From contig JAUCBJ010007504.1 of the NCBI GenBank assembly GCA_032718475.1, forward strand, positions 21,107 to 85,106: DNA of 64,000 bases, in the 5' to 3' direction. Positions within the stretch are counted from its first letter, which is position 1, and each line of letters opens with the position of its first letter. A program made the position numbers and the translations under genes. Shown here one piece after another: positions 46,602-59,935 of the stretch. The stretch comes from Nemertoderma westbladi. Its lineage: Eukaryota; Animalia; Xenacoelomorpha. The notes beneath the pieces are model-generated. The model had not been told where the DNA came from. It did not search any database and saw nothing but the letters and a program-made list of their open reading frames with translations.

Positions 46602-47919
46602 CTGAAATATAAATAAATAACATATTATTAGTTCTCCTATCTAACATAGAGGCCGGACTTTATCAGCCATCAGCGTGTTCTAATTTAAGAAGAATCGCAA
46701 AATCGATCAAAGGTCTGCATCTACTAACGCATGAACTGTTTCATTGATGGCTTAATATCAATCTTACTCATAAAATATTCACCGGAAGCGGGGATTGAAC
46801 TCGGTACCTAGAATTTTACAAGTCTAACGCTCTACCAACTTCGCCAATGCGCCGTATGAAGCCTTATTTCTAAATCCCAACTGGAAATTAACAACAACAA
46901 CAACAACGAATTGAACATTAGAGGTCTCGCTACGCGGACCTAAAAAGTAATTAACGAATGTAACAACAGATATATATTCGTTATTCCTGTTTATATTATA
47001 AAAACAGTTGAGAGTTCACACGTGAACATCTTGTCCCTTGAAGAATATCATTAGAGCTATAGTTGGCCCTACATTGTAACCCTGTAAACGTTATAGTTAT
47101 TTGAGAAATGCTGGTTGCTATTATCTCATGCATTTAAAACAAAATTTTTATTCTTAAATTGTAACTTTTTCGCTCGAATATACCCCAAAATCGGGAGAAA
47201 AAGTTTCACTTTTTTTCCCTGAGGAAAAGAATAACCCATAGGATTACATTGATTTTACTTTTTTCCCGGAGAAAAAATTAAAGTAAAATATTTTTGCTCA
47301 AATTTCTTAAATTTCATTACATATATTAAAATAGCATCGACGTAGAAAGGGTTTGCAAGTAATTTGAGCAAAATCCATTCATACACTCAAAAGTTATTGC
47401 AAATTTAGTGTCTGCGTGGCGTACTCCAAAACGGAACTCAATATCCATTATTGTTTTAAGTTGTTAAGCGGCTCTCTAGTTACGTAATAGATATTCGAGA
47501 ACACGAAATTATTTTAACATTGAGTAAGGCAGCATCCGGAGTTGAAGAGTACAATAATATGAATCGCAGTAACTATGGAAGCAATATACGTAGTTTAAAT
47601 ACTACAGTTCAATTAATCTTATAACACTACTGTACTGTAGTATATCGCTATGTTTTATTACAGAATTTAGTAACAAAATAGTACCAATTTATGAATAAAA
47701 TTACGTATTACATGGGAAAAAAACGTAGAACATTTTTTTTTCAATATTCTATCGACCCTTTATTAACCTCGCTAACGCTCAGTAAAAATATCTCGAAAAT
47801 AATGAAAAAAGTTCTACTTTTTTTCCAATGTAATAAATAATTATTCTCACTACCAAATAAAATAAAACCTTGAAAAAATCATTGGAATTCTACAACAAAA
47901 TTTAAATAATTCAACTAAC

Positions 47920-48045
47920 CTTATCAATAGTTCGTTCCCTAGAACGGAAGATTTCATTCATTCGTTTCCTCCCTACACTAGATTTGTCTATCATTCGCTT
48001 CTTTATTCTAACAGAATGGTCTTTCGACTTGGAACGTCTTGACAG
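47920..48045 (-). CDS. Predicted 126-nt phase-0 exon copy
   Basis: Same splice sites and open frame. Confidence 0.6.
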
Positions 48046-49361
48046 CTGAAATATAAATAAATAACATATTATTAGTTCTCCTATCTAACATAGAGGCCGG
48101 ACTTTATCAGCCATCAGCGTGTTCTAATTTAAGAAGAATCGCAAAATCGATCAAAGGTCTGCATCTACTAACGCATGAACTGTTTCATTAATGGCTTAAT
48201 ATCAATCTTACTCATAAAATATTCACCGGAAGCGGGGATTGAACTCGGTACCTAGAATTTTACAAGTCTAACGCTCTACCAACTTCGCCAATGCGCCGTA
48301 TGAAGCCTTATTTCTAAATCCCAACTGGAAATTAACAACAACAACAACGAATTGAATATTAGAGGTCTCGCTACGCGGACCTAAAAAGTAATTAACGAAT
48401 GTAACAACAGATATATATTCGTTATTCCTGTTTATATTATAAAAACAGTTGAGAGTTCACACGTGAACATCTTGTCCCTTGAAGAATATCATTAGAGCTA
48501 TAGTTGGCCCTACATTGTAACCCTGTAAACGTTATAGTTATTTGAGAAATGCTGGTTGCTATTATCTCATGCATTTAAAACAAAATTTTTATTCTTAAAT
48601 TGTTACTTTTTCGCTCGAATATACCCCAAAATAGGGAGAAAAAGTTTCACTTTTTTTCACTAAGGAAAAAAATAACCCATAGGATTGCATTGATTTTACT
48701 TTTTTCCCGGAGAAAAAATTAAAGTAAAATATTTTTGCTCGAATTTCTTAAATTTCATTACATATATTAAAATAGCATCGACGTAGAAAGGGTTTGCAAG
48801 TAATTTGAGCAAAATCCATTCACACACTCAAAAGTTATTGCAAATTTAGTGTCTGCGTGGCGTACTCCAAAACGGAACTCAATATCCAGTATTGTTTTAA
48901 GTTGTTAAGCGGCTCTCTAGTTACGTAATAAATATTCGAGAACACTAAATTATTTTAACATTGAGTAAGGCAGCATTAGGAGTTGACGAGTACAATAATA
49001 TGAATCGCAGTAACTATGGAAGCAATATACGTAGTTTAAATACTACAGTTCAATTAATCTTATAACACTACTGTACTGTAGTATATCGCTATGTTTTATT
49101 ACAGAATTTAGCAACAAAAAAGTACCAATTTATGAATAAAATTACTTATTACATGGGAAAAAAACGTAGAACATTTTTTTTTCAATATTCTATCGACCCT
49201 TTATTAACCTCGCTAACGCTCGGTAAATATATCTCGAAAATAATGAAAAAAAGTTCTACTTTTTTTCCAATGTAATAAATAATTATTCTCAATACCACAA
49301 AAGATAAAACCTTGAAAAAATCATTGGAATTCTACAACAAAATTTAAATAATTCAACTAAC

Positions 49362-49487
49362 CTTATCAATAGTTCGTTCCCTAGAACGAAAGATTTCATT
49401 CATTCGTTTCCTCCCTACACTAGATTTGTCTATCATTCGCTTCTTTATTCTAACAGAATGGTCTTTCGACTTGGAACGTCTTGACAG
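49362..49487 (-). CDS. Predicted 126-nt phase-0 exon copy
   Basis: Same splice sites; lies in ORF-track 49353..49538. Confidence 0.6.
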
Positions 49488-50922
49488 CTGAAATACAGTA
49501 TAAATAAATAACATATTATTAGTTCTCCTATCTAACATAGAGGCCGGACTTTATCAGCCATCAGCGTGTTCTAATTTAAGAAGAATCGCAAAATCGATCA
49601 AAGGTCTGCATCGATTACTAACGCATGAACTGTTTCATTAATGGCTTAATATCAATCTTACTCAAAAAATATTCACCGGAAGCGGGGATTGAACTCGGTA
49701 CCTAGAATTTTACAAACATAGCAAACACGGCTCTTATAGTAGATGTAACGATTATAAATTTATGAAAGATTACTATTTTGAATATGAAGAATTTAATGGC
49801 ATAGGCATATTTAGTTTTTTTGAAAATACCATACAACCATAGCAACCATGTGAAAACAACCTTCAAAGTTAGCAGTATTAACAAACTTAAAAACACTTAC
49901 ACTTAACAAACAAAATTAAACGGGTCTAATGCATATACAGTAGTCGTAGCGTCATGGGATCATAGTCTATCACCAATATATCAAGTATGTAATATGCACT
50001 ATTTTTAAGGTTCTAGTTGCCATGGCAACGGGTAACTTTGACTAGAAACGGGCTATACATTAAATCAACATCCACCCCCACTATATAGAGTATAAGAAAA
50101 AATATGCAATATGTTTCAGTTTCTAGATGAGATGCCATGGCAACTATAGTCAGAATTGTTAACAACGTGTTTTTCATATCACTTAACAGTTTTTACTATA
50201 CATAAAAGAGGGCATTCGAATTTGTAAGGTTCTTTTAAACAATACGTTTTTGACAGATAAGAGAGTTTGATATGTTACGTATACCATGCTTCTCTAACGA
50301 CAGACTGGAGAACTGCTGGCCGATCAACCTCCTCACAAAGTCGCAGCACGTAGTCTACGCCAAGCCAAGAATCAGCTTAAACGGATTGAGGTCATCGAAA
50401 TGGAGAAGCTTATCATTTTCAGATACCTCGCCCGCCCTCATGCGACAGACTGGAAAACTGCATATCGATTACTGTTCCCACAATGACGGAGGCTGTGTTC
50501 CAATTTTTCAATTTGTACGGTATTATAAATAACTTGAGATGAGATATGTTATTCACAATTACACATTTCGCCCTCTAGCGGTAGACTTGAGAACTGTTGG
50601 CGGATTAGCCTCCTTTGAAATATACAGCTGATTGTCTAGTACATATCTGCCAAGTTTCATCTTGATATTTTTGTAAAATTTTTTTTTGAGTCCACAATAT
50701 GTTCCAGAACATAAATCAATAGTCAAAAACAGCTATATAAAAAGGGCAAAATAATACTTAGTTAGATTGTGTTAGCTTAAACAAGATAGGTTAAAGACTA
50801 CATTCTGAGAATTTAGACAAAAAATATCGTTTATCACACATTTTATAACAACTTTAATCTCATTTATACGCTAAGCGACCAGACCACGTTAGTATGAAAT
50901 GTTATAAAATTATGAAGCTTAC

Positions 50923-51204
50923 CTTCTTTCGAGCAGCAATGCAATTTTTAGAGCGGGATTGGTGAAGTTGCAATGCAGCCTGAGATTTAAATTCCCTGGA
51001 GCAGAAACTGCACACTATTTGTAATGGTGTAGAAGCCGGTTGACATTCAGGTTCCCTGACAACACCTTCAGGCACCATACCTTCAGGTTCCATACCTTCA
51101 GGTTCCATACCTTCAGGTTCCATACCTTCAGGTTCCATACCTTCAGGTTCCATACCTTCAGGTTCCATACCTTCAGGTTCCACAGACATACAATCGCGAT
51201 TTTC
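50923..51204 (-). CDS. Predicted 282-nt phase-0 exon: (MEPEG)n repeat plus C2HC/C2H2-like zinc finger
   Basis: CATTTAG acceptor, AAG|GTAAGC donor; CSFCSREFKSQAALQLHQSRSKNC; 15-bp repeat 51065-51181. Confidence 0.65.
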
Positions 51205-52518
51205 CTAAATGAACGGGAAATTTAATTAGTCTAGGTAAACAGCAGTATACTTAATGTGGATAAGAAACTAACATGATTTAGCCACGTATTATTTGTGGAT
51301 TTCCTTAATACAACTCCATTAGTATTGTTTGTTAATCATTATACAATGAATTAGGTGACCTATAAATATTGATATCAGGTCAATAATGGTCAAACGTTAC
51401 AAAGAGTACATGTGTCGAAATGTGGAACAATTAAGGAATGTGGAAAAACGCTGGAAAATTAACGGCGCCATATCAAATAGTTGAACAGTTTTCGGTACTT
51501 GGGCACGCTACAAAACCACCGTGTCAAAGGATCGAAAGGGCACTTTAAAGGGTAAACATTGGCAAGCTTCTCTCAAATACGAAATCAGTATTTTAGTATA
51601 GGACGGACGGTCCAGTGTCATTGTTAAGACAATATTAGACATTCAAAGTACTCGGAAAACCTGTTTTGGTAAATTAAAAGCACGTCCCGGCGAATTAATA
51701 ATGATAATTCGATGATAAGATAATTCGATGACTGAGTGAGGGAAAGGAGCAGGTTGCTGTGGTAGGATAATGGATAGAATAATAATGATTTTTATTACGA
51801 ACTATATTTATTTAGGAATAAATATGTAAGGTAAAAAGAGCACAAAACGGCAGAAATGTATAACCAATAAAATATAATTTGGTTGTACCGGTAATAATTA
51901 TTTATAGCATTATTTATTGTTACAAACAACTTACATTGTTTTGGTTAGAAAAGCGACACCATGTGACCTGGCCAACATATTTTAAAGTATATTGTTTTGG
52001 TTATGAGTCAACAACAACGTTTATTTTTTGGTTAGAAAAGTCCGCCACTCTAACCTGCTACTTTCCCTCATTTTGTAGGTAACAAGATGTTTATTGTTTT
52101 GGTTTGAAACTGCTGTCGCTGTAACCTGCTCCTTTCCTTAAATGGGTAGGTAGCAACATCGTTTATTGATTTCCACATTCCCATTCAGCCACCTTCCCAT
52201 TGGTTAGAGTCTGAGAGTACATAGAGCTACCGGCATACTGATAATATTTAAATGTAAACTACTAAGTTACATCGATTGCTTGTTGATTTAGTGCATTTAA
52301 TACTGGCCAAGATAGCAAGTAATCACATAACAATCAATCACACAGAACAGCCCATAACAACTTACAGCATTTATAAAACAGGCAATATCATTGGATGTTC
52401 AGAAAATGATTGCTTGGGTTTTACTCTCATGTCAGAACGACAGGTTGATTAATGATACCCCTACGCTAAGCTGCTAAGGCGGCCTCACTACGTGGCTCGC
52501 CCCACATGTCATCCATAT

Positions 52519-52672
52519 GCGCACCAGGATCCTCAATGCGCGCCACACGACCTTGTTGCTCCGCGCCAGGATCCTTAATGCGCGCCACACGACCTTGTTG
52601 CTCCGCGCCAGGATCCTTAATGCGCGCCACACGACCTTGTTGCTCCGCGCCAGGATCCTTAATGCGCACCAC
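52519..52672. repeat. 42-bp minisatellite, ~3.5 copies
   Basis: GCGCCAGGATCCTTAATGCGCGCCACACGACCTTGTTGCTCC units. Confidence 0.9.
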
Positions 52673-52724
52673 ACATCAGCACATGTTGGAATTGGAATTT
52701 CTAATTTGACGTTAAATCAGTTAA

Positions 52725-53760
52725 AATAATTATTTGGCTGAATGAGAGTGTAGATAGAATATATAAGGCAACCCCGTCTGCATCTCGTCTGCGATCTGCT
52801 CTGTAAAGGAGATGGCCTTCTACTTCGACTTCTTTGTTGGTGATGGAGTCATCGAGCCATGTCACTGAGATTGTCAGAATATGTAGTTTATTCGTGGCAA
52901 GTGTAAATTTTATTTCGGGCAGTTTTGGATATAGGCTTTGTGTATTCAGGTGTGCGATATGGATGCCTCTGTTGTTTTGCCATGGATATAGTGGTAGAGT
53001 AGTTGAGCGTGCGCGTGTGTATAATGCAGCTGGGGTCCGTGTGGCTGCGGATAACGCAGCTGGGGACCGTGTGGCTGTGGATAACGCAGCTGGGGACCGT
53101 GTGGTTGCGGATAACGCAGCTGGTGACCGTGTCGGCACGTATAGTGCAGCTGGGGACCGTGTGGCTGCGGGTAATGCAGCTGGGGACTGTGTGGCTGCGG
53201 ATAATGCAGCTGGGGACCGTGTGTCTGCCGATGATGCAGCTGGGGACTACGTGATTGCGGATAATGCAGCTGGGGACCGTGTCGGCGCGTATAGTGCAGC
53301 TGGGGCAGCTGGGGAGCGTGTGTCTGCGGATAATGCAGTCAATGTTACAAAACACATTGGTATAAATGCTTCACAAAGGTACGGGGTGCACAGTAGTACA
53401 AGCTACACAATGATTGGTGATAGTGATTGGCTTGTACTAATGTGCACTGCCGGCGGACACAGCAACATCGCACAGTTCTAAAGTCGGTTTCCATTTAGGC
53501 ATGCCTTTAAGGAAAGTCATTTGTTGTCTTCCACTTATATTCTCACAAGCAGACTTCCACAGCAAAAGGTTGTGTACAGGTGGATTTTGCCGGCGACAAC
53601 AGTGCCAGCAATCTCCATCATGTATCTCTGCAGGGTGATGCTGTGCCTTGGCAATACGATTTTGCCATAATAACACCCCATTTCTTATCTGTAGCACTGC
53701 GCATCATAGGCAGGGTTGTGCAACCTGCGCTGCATCCTGATACACAATGCAACTCAGTGT
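52725..53760 (-). pseudogene. CR1/L2-like LINE fragment: Cys-rich region, 30-bp repeats, APE endonuclease N-terminus
   Basis: IAHLNTQSL...ILTISVTWLDDSI...YRADR...GVALYI; 30-bp tandem repeat 53020-53340. Confidence 0.75.
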
Positions 53761-55005
53761 TAAATTACTAGCTTTTTATTATTCGCATTGTTATTCGCAT
53801 ATAGTCCGCCGATATAATTGTCATGCCTAATAACAATTATGCATTGATAAAATAACATGCCAAACAGGCATAGCTGCAGCGGTTAAGATTTTCAATAGGA
53901 AAGACTGAAAGGATTATATAAGCATTTATAAATTAATATAACTGATAAACCAATTACAACAGTTTATTAATTCTCTTTCTCCTGACTTTTACGTCCTATA
54001 TTAAATACGTATATATTCTGAATTCGGTGCATTAAGACTACTGTACTATATATTTATATGCTACAATCTGCATGCTAGTTGCCTATTGAATTTAGGTGTA
54101 ATTAATTTATGTCTGTCTGTAGCCATATCAGAATATGCCAATATAGACGAACTGACAAAATTTAAATCATATCAGAACATTAAGTAACCCTACCGTAATA
54201 GATAATATATAAAAAATTAACTAACCTGAATCCGTTGAAATCAATATACTTCAATTACAAGCCAATTGCGTTTAAATCTCAATTTGCGATTATCACAAAC
54301 CCTAAAGTAAAAAAAAAAGTTAAGTACCATACTGCTGTAATAAGTACAATAGTACAGATGGGTACAGGAATAAGAAACCTACAGACATTTTCTACCCAAA
54401 ATCCAAAACCCTAAATGTAAGAGCATACAAGATATAGAACTGCGGGATGGATAATTATATGGTAGGCCTAACTACAATCTCTTAATACAAACAATACTAC
54501 TGTACTACTCAGATGAAATAATACCCGAAATAAATTAACTTTCAGTTAAATACAATATACTTGTTTGCTCTGTAAAAATTTTAATTAAAAACAATCCTGC
54601 CATTTAATATACCTAATTAGCATGGTTGCGTAAGCAGTATGAATTGGAATGAAATTGTGAAATAATTTATTTAAACTATTATGTACATTTAGATTAAATA
54701 ATAATACAGTAAGTTGGCCTACAGAAATAAACATTGATATTCGGAACAGTAAAACAATTATTTATTTCATTCATTCAACTAACCAGAGAGACTCGACTCA
54801 TAGCTCCAGTGAATATTAACATCCCGAAGTTACTTTAGTAATAATATTAATGTCATTGAACCCGATACACACACACCTCCAATCAGCCAGTTCAATGGAG
54901 AGTGAGTGAATGGATGGCTACCAGCAGCAGCAGCAGTCTGCCTCTTACAAGCGAGGCTGACTGAATACCTCAAGTGTTGCTGGGAAACAAGCCAACTTGA
55001 GTTAA

Positions 55006-55520
55006 CCAATAAATGAGCAGTATTTAATGAGAATACATTTTTTATGCCGGTTTAATTACTTTAGATCAATTAAAGACACGATTATTAAAGCAAATCACTT
55101 GAACTAATTAAAAACTATAATAGAATGGAGTATGCGGATTACATCTGTATATTTTTTAAGTATAATTATTGAAGTCTTATACTGTAAAACAATTAATTTC
55201 CTTTAAAAGGCAGGTTGAAAATGGTGTTTTTACCGTAATCAACTTAATTAACTAATTAACTGCTATTATCTTAGCTTCTCGAAGGCCACACGGAAATTCT
55301 ACTTGGAAAATTTCTAAACTTTTGCCAAACAACATGTGTACCAAGTTTGGATAGATTTCATCAAAGATTGGCCGAGTTATTAACGTTTAAAATTGAACAC
55401 GACAGAACGACAGAACGACAGAACGACAGAACGACAGGTTGATTAATGGTACCACTACGCTAAGGCTCACTCACTTCGTGGCTCGCCCCACGCCTCACTC
55501 ACTTCGTGGCTCGCCCCACA
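55006..55520 (+). repeat. Dispersed DINE/Helentron-like repeat, copy 2, terminal motif duplicated
   Basis: Near-identical to 30649-31118 with more ACGACAGA units. Confidence 0.75.
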
Positions 55521-57895
55521 TGAAGGAGAGATAGTGTTTACTTTAGCTTTGATTTATGTTGTCAGCCTGGGGCGTCCTTCCGGTTCAATGAGTTATTGGG
55601 CAGATTTATTACATTGCAAGACTGTTTGATGCTTATGGCATATGAATCGAGGTGAAGTTATCATTATAAACATTGTCAAATTAAACAGAGTTATCAGGAT
55701 GGAAAACTCATTTTGTATAATGTAGTATCCTCAGACCACACCTGTGACAAAAATTGATGGATTGGGATAAATAGGGCTGTAGGGTGGGAGTTGGTGTGTA
55801 AGCCGCCTATGGAATCGGAAGAATATATCAAATTGACTGTTTTAATTATAACATTGACCTGCGGAATCAATGAGAATTGTATGGAAGTAGAAATCTAATA
55901 TTTATATCAAACACATGCTTGGTACTGTATCAGGGGATTGCCGCCTGTCAATATGTACACGTTCTCTGAACCCAGAGTTATACTGCCGTATTTGGGCGAA
56001 TACGACAGGCTACTGTACTATACAGTACGTTTGTTGTGGTTAGTGACGGGTTGTTAGTATCTCATGCAAAATAAATGTAGGACTTTGTAATTATTTTGCA
56101 AATATTGGGACCATGCATTTTCTAACTTACAGGTTTCGTTGCATTGCTTGGATCAAACTTATCCTGTATTCTATAATGCGTGGTATTTTACTCTCCGACA
56201 TCGGTAGAGGTGAAGAGGTGTGTTGTTGGTCTGCCTCTGCCTCATTGGGGCGGGGGGGGGGGGGGGGGGGGGGTGTTGGGGCGTTGGGGCAAGTGTCAGA
56301 TTTATCTATTCGTGTTGATGCTTACTGCATCAGGGACGCGTTTTTCGACAGAGCCCCGTCAGCTGAAACAGCCAGTGCCGCTAGTCGGTGGGGTTGACTT
56401 GTTGACGAGAGGCTATTATGAGGCGCAATGGGATACGCATTGCGTATCTCCTTTTGTCAACCAATACTGGCCTAAGATATATTTTAAAACATTTGTTTAT
56501 TAATAATGCAATAACTGAATAACCATATAACGGAAAGACAAATCGAATTGAAACTTTGAATTACTAATAATAATTGTGGTGAGAGGTGATTGGAAATCAA
56601 GCATATATGTTATGTTATGGTAGGCAGAGGCAAATGAATTGATGTCTGTTGAGATGTATTGAAGGAGCACTATTCCTTCTACTATACTACTACAGGTTAG
56701 GCCATGTCCTTGTGTGCTAGCCTAGGCACTGGCTTGGTCAATGACTTTAGCTTTAGCTGCCATTTTAGTAATGTACAACTTCAAGAAATATTATTGGGCA
56801 CGGCTGCCCTTGTTCATGCCTTGTTGTCACACACACACATACACACACAGAGACTTTTGAAAAACGGCCATAGTATAATTACAGTATATCAGTTCGCTGA
56901 TGGCTCGCCATTCGTGTCTCGCCCCACACAAAATACGCATTCACGCAAACAAACAAGTAAAATTAGCCTCGAGATAGCGATAGTTTATGTGCTCAGGAAG
57001 AGAGCTTTCGATCATTTGCTCAGATTGGTGCTCGTGTGTCGGAGTGTACAGCTTGGACAGACTCACAGACTCATAGACTCACAGACAGACAATGCATATT
57101 TATATATAACACTAGAAACCTTCTAGTTCACAAGCTTCTATACAGTCAATCAATCAATGGACAATATCAAACATAAATAAATTAATTAATTAACTTAACA
57201 AAACTTTACATGTATAACTGCGTGTGTAACTGGAAAACTGTATAACTGCAGAGTAGTGGTTAGCGTTCTCGCAAACATAACCTACAGTATAGTGCAGTAG
57301 GTCACTGCAGCAACTCTATCGTATTAAAATGGAAGGTTGTAATTTCAGACATTTCGCCCCCTAGTGGCAGACTGCCTGCCAAGTGCCAAGTATCAGCAAA
57401 AAAGCATTCATAAACAACAAAATTGTAGGTTTCCTCATTCAGACATTTCATCCCCTAATAGCGGCAGACTGGGGAACTGTAGATTGGTCATCGTCTCCCC
57501 AAGCCCAAATACACACCCTTACGGTGTAGTATACTCTGCTTGGTATCAGCAAAAAAACATTATAAACATATTGTGTAAAGGACCTAAGTATCAGCTAAAA
57601 ATCATTATTAATAACAAAATAGGATAAGATTTTCACTTTCAGACATTTCGCCTCCTAGTGGCAGACTGAAGAACCGCAAACTGGTCGGCGTCCTCCCAAA
57701 ACGCAGCTATGGTCTGGTAGAATTTATTTTGCAAAGTGTCAGCAGAGTGGTTACGATGATGCTGTTATAATTTCCTGCTTGCTGATCAGTAATTTCTCAG
57801 ATAACAAAACAACTGCAGAATAATGCAATTTTACCTCAAAGACGCATTCATGCAAGTATCAAGTAAATGTGTAAAATAATCAGCCTCGAGATAGC

Positions 57896-59081
57896 TGTAA
57901 AAGCTTTTGTGGGATAACTGATTCGTTTGCTTTGCTAACCAGTTCCCCCCAAGGCGCTGGAATACTCTAAAAGGGATCTCTAGCTCGAATAGTGCAAGCT
58001 ACCGGCTGATTGGCTGATTTGCTGTACGAAGGGATCTGGGCTATGTTCGATCGTCCAACCAGCTTGGGAAGGTTGCCCCATAGCCCTGCTTTCTGTATCT
58101 GCCAATAGGATTTGAGTTGGTTTTGATTTTGACCTATCACAGATCTACTGAACTGAATTTCCTATCTGTATGCTCATTCTCTGTGGTGGGTGAGATCTTT
58201 GTAGAATAAGGGTAGCTGGTATTCTTATAGTTATTCTTATCAGTGTTCAGTGTTGGTTATCCTGAGCCAGGAAGAACGGCTTTGGAATATTTTTGTGCTT
58301 TTCTGCTTTAGCCTTACACTAGTAGGCTTAATTATAAGGACATATATCCGTTATCTGCATACCATACATAACATACCATACCTAATCAAACAACCTGTGC
58401 ATACTTTTATAACGTTATACTGCTATTTACTGTCAGTTCTTCATAATATGGTTGATGAATTATTATATTTGGAATAACGAGAAATAACCCCGAAACCCAA
58501 TATTCTTGATATACCGAAGGTAAGAGAGAAGGGTTACATATAACGATTGTGACTTATGTTAAAGTGGTTTGAAGTGAATCTAATGTTATTTGATAGACCC
58601 TACATGAGTCGGTCCGTGTTCCTTTTATATGTGACTAAAATCAGTGAAGATCGGCAGATTAGTGTGCAGTATTGTGCAGCATTGTGTATGAGTGAGACTG
58701 ATAACGAAGCATTTCCTAAAGAATGCGCCATATATGTGAATTGTAACTAAGCCATATCGTTGCGTGTAGTTTAAGTCATAACTCTGTTTATATAGATAGA
58801 GCGCCACGTCCTAAAGGAACTGTTAATATTCCCCGAAGGTGAATAATATTGTCAGAGATTATATAATACTGTCAGTCGAATAATACATTAGGCTTACATA
58901 GCAATAAGATTAAGCTGTCGAAATCAATCTCCCGGGTATATCCAACGGGTGAATGATCGCGCACAGATTGGTTTCAACTAGTGTAGTGAATCAAATACTT
59001 GTTAGAGGCTAAAGCGATTTATTATCTAGAAGACATCCTAATTTGGCGGGTTAAACTGCCAAAGGTCTGAAAGCGCGAACA
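57896..59081 (+). repeat. 5' LTR (1186 bp)
   Basis: TGTAAAAGCTTTTG...GCGCGAACA, ends fixed by comparison with 16304-17480. Confidence 0.9.
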
Positions 59082-59363
59082 ATAACGGATATTGCTTCTG
59101 GATTGCGGTGTAAGCAATCTAGTCGAAAGTACCGGTCGATCGGTAACCAGTAGGCCTGACTGCCTGATCATCCGGACCGGTACCTACAGTAGTACAGGTA
59201 CAGCAGTATTATTCGATTGTGGTATTGTATACCGGTGGGCTGTTTAAGAGAATAGGGATTGATCACCCCTCATTCTTTTGTATAGTTTACTTATTTCTGC
59301 CAGTTTTATTTATTTGTAGGCCAGTATTGAGCAGAAGGCGTGTAAGCCTGCTCAGATTGTACA

Positions 59364-59935
59364 GATAATTTGTAGGCTTGACTGTTGGCTAACTGTTGAT
59401 TAGGTCTGAACGGATTGCAGTGCATGTAGAGTGTATGTCCGATAAAGAACGGTTAGGAAGTAGGGGCAGCCATAGCGGTAAGGTAAACCCCCATCTAAAG
59501 AATAAGTCGTACTACTGAGTTAGAGCGCATACTACCTAATCATTTCGGAGTCTGCATGTCCTGTAGTTTATTTAGGCTTGAGAGTAGTCTGCCATCGTTT
59601 AGTCTGTACTTTGTTTGTGTAGTCTGTACAGGTAGCGTATAATATTTATTTGGATAATTTGTAGGCTGGATAGTTGTCTGGCTGTTATTAGGTCGGAACG
59701 GATTGTAGTGTGTGTAGAGCCCCTGTCCGATAAAGAACGGTTAGGAAGTAGGGGCAGCCAATGCTGTAAGGTAAACCCCCATCTAAAGAATAAGTCGTAC
59801 TACTGAGTTAGAACGCATACTACCTAATCATTTCGGAGTCTGCATATACCGTAGTTTGTTTGGGCTTGATAGTAGTCTGTCGGTATTTGGTCTGCATTTT
59901 GTTTGAGTAGTTTGTACGCGTAGCGTAATATTTAT
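59364..59935 (+). repeat. ~289-bp tandem duplication in the leader
   Basis: GATAATTTGTAGGCT at 59364 and 59653 with shared GTCCGATAAAGAACGGTTAGGAAGTAGGGGCAGCCA core. Confidence 0.88.

Larger units (their letters stand above)
43105..49715. repeat. ~1.44-kb tandem repeat, about 4 units, first interval interrupted by microsatellite element
   Basis: Same landmark at 43537, 46476, 47920, 49362 (spacings 2939, 1444, 1442). Confidence 0.92.

Noticed and set aside
52834-53481. Ice-nucleation/antifreeze-like repeat protein (DNAAGDRVAA)n
   Set aside because: Antisense reading of a 30-bp repeat inside a LINE fragment.
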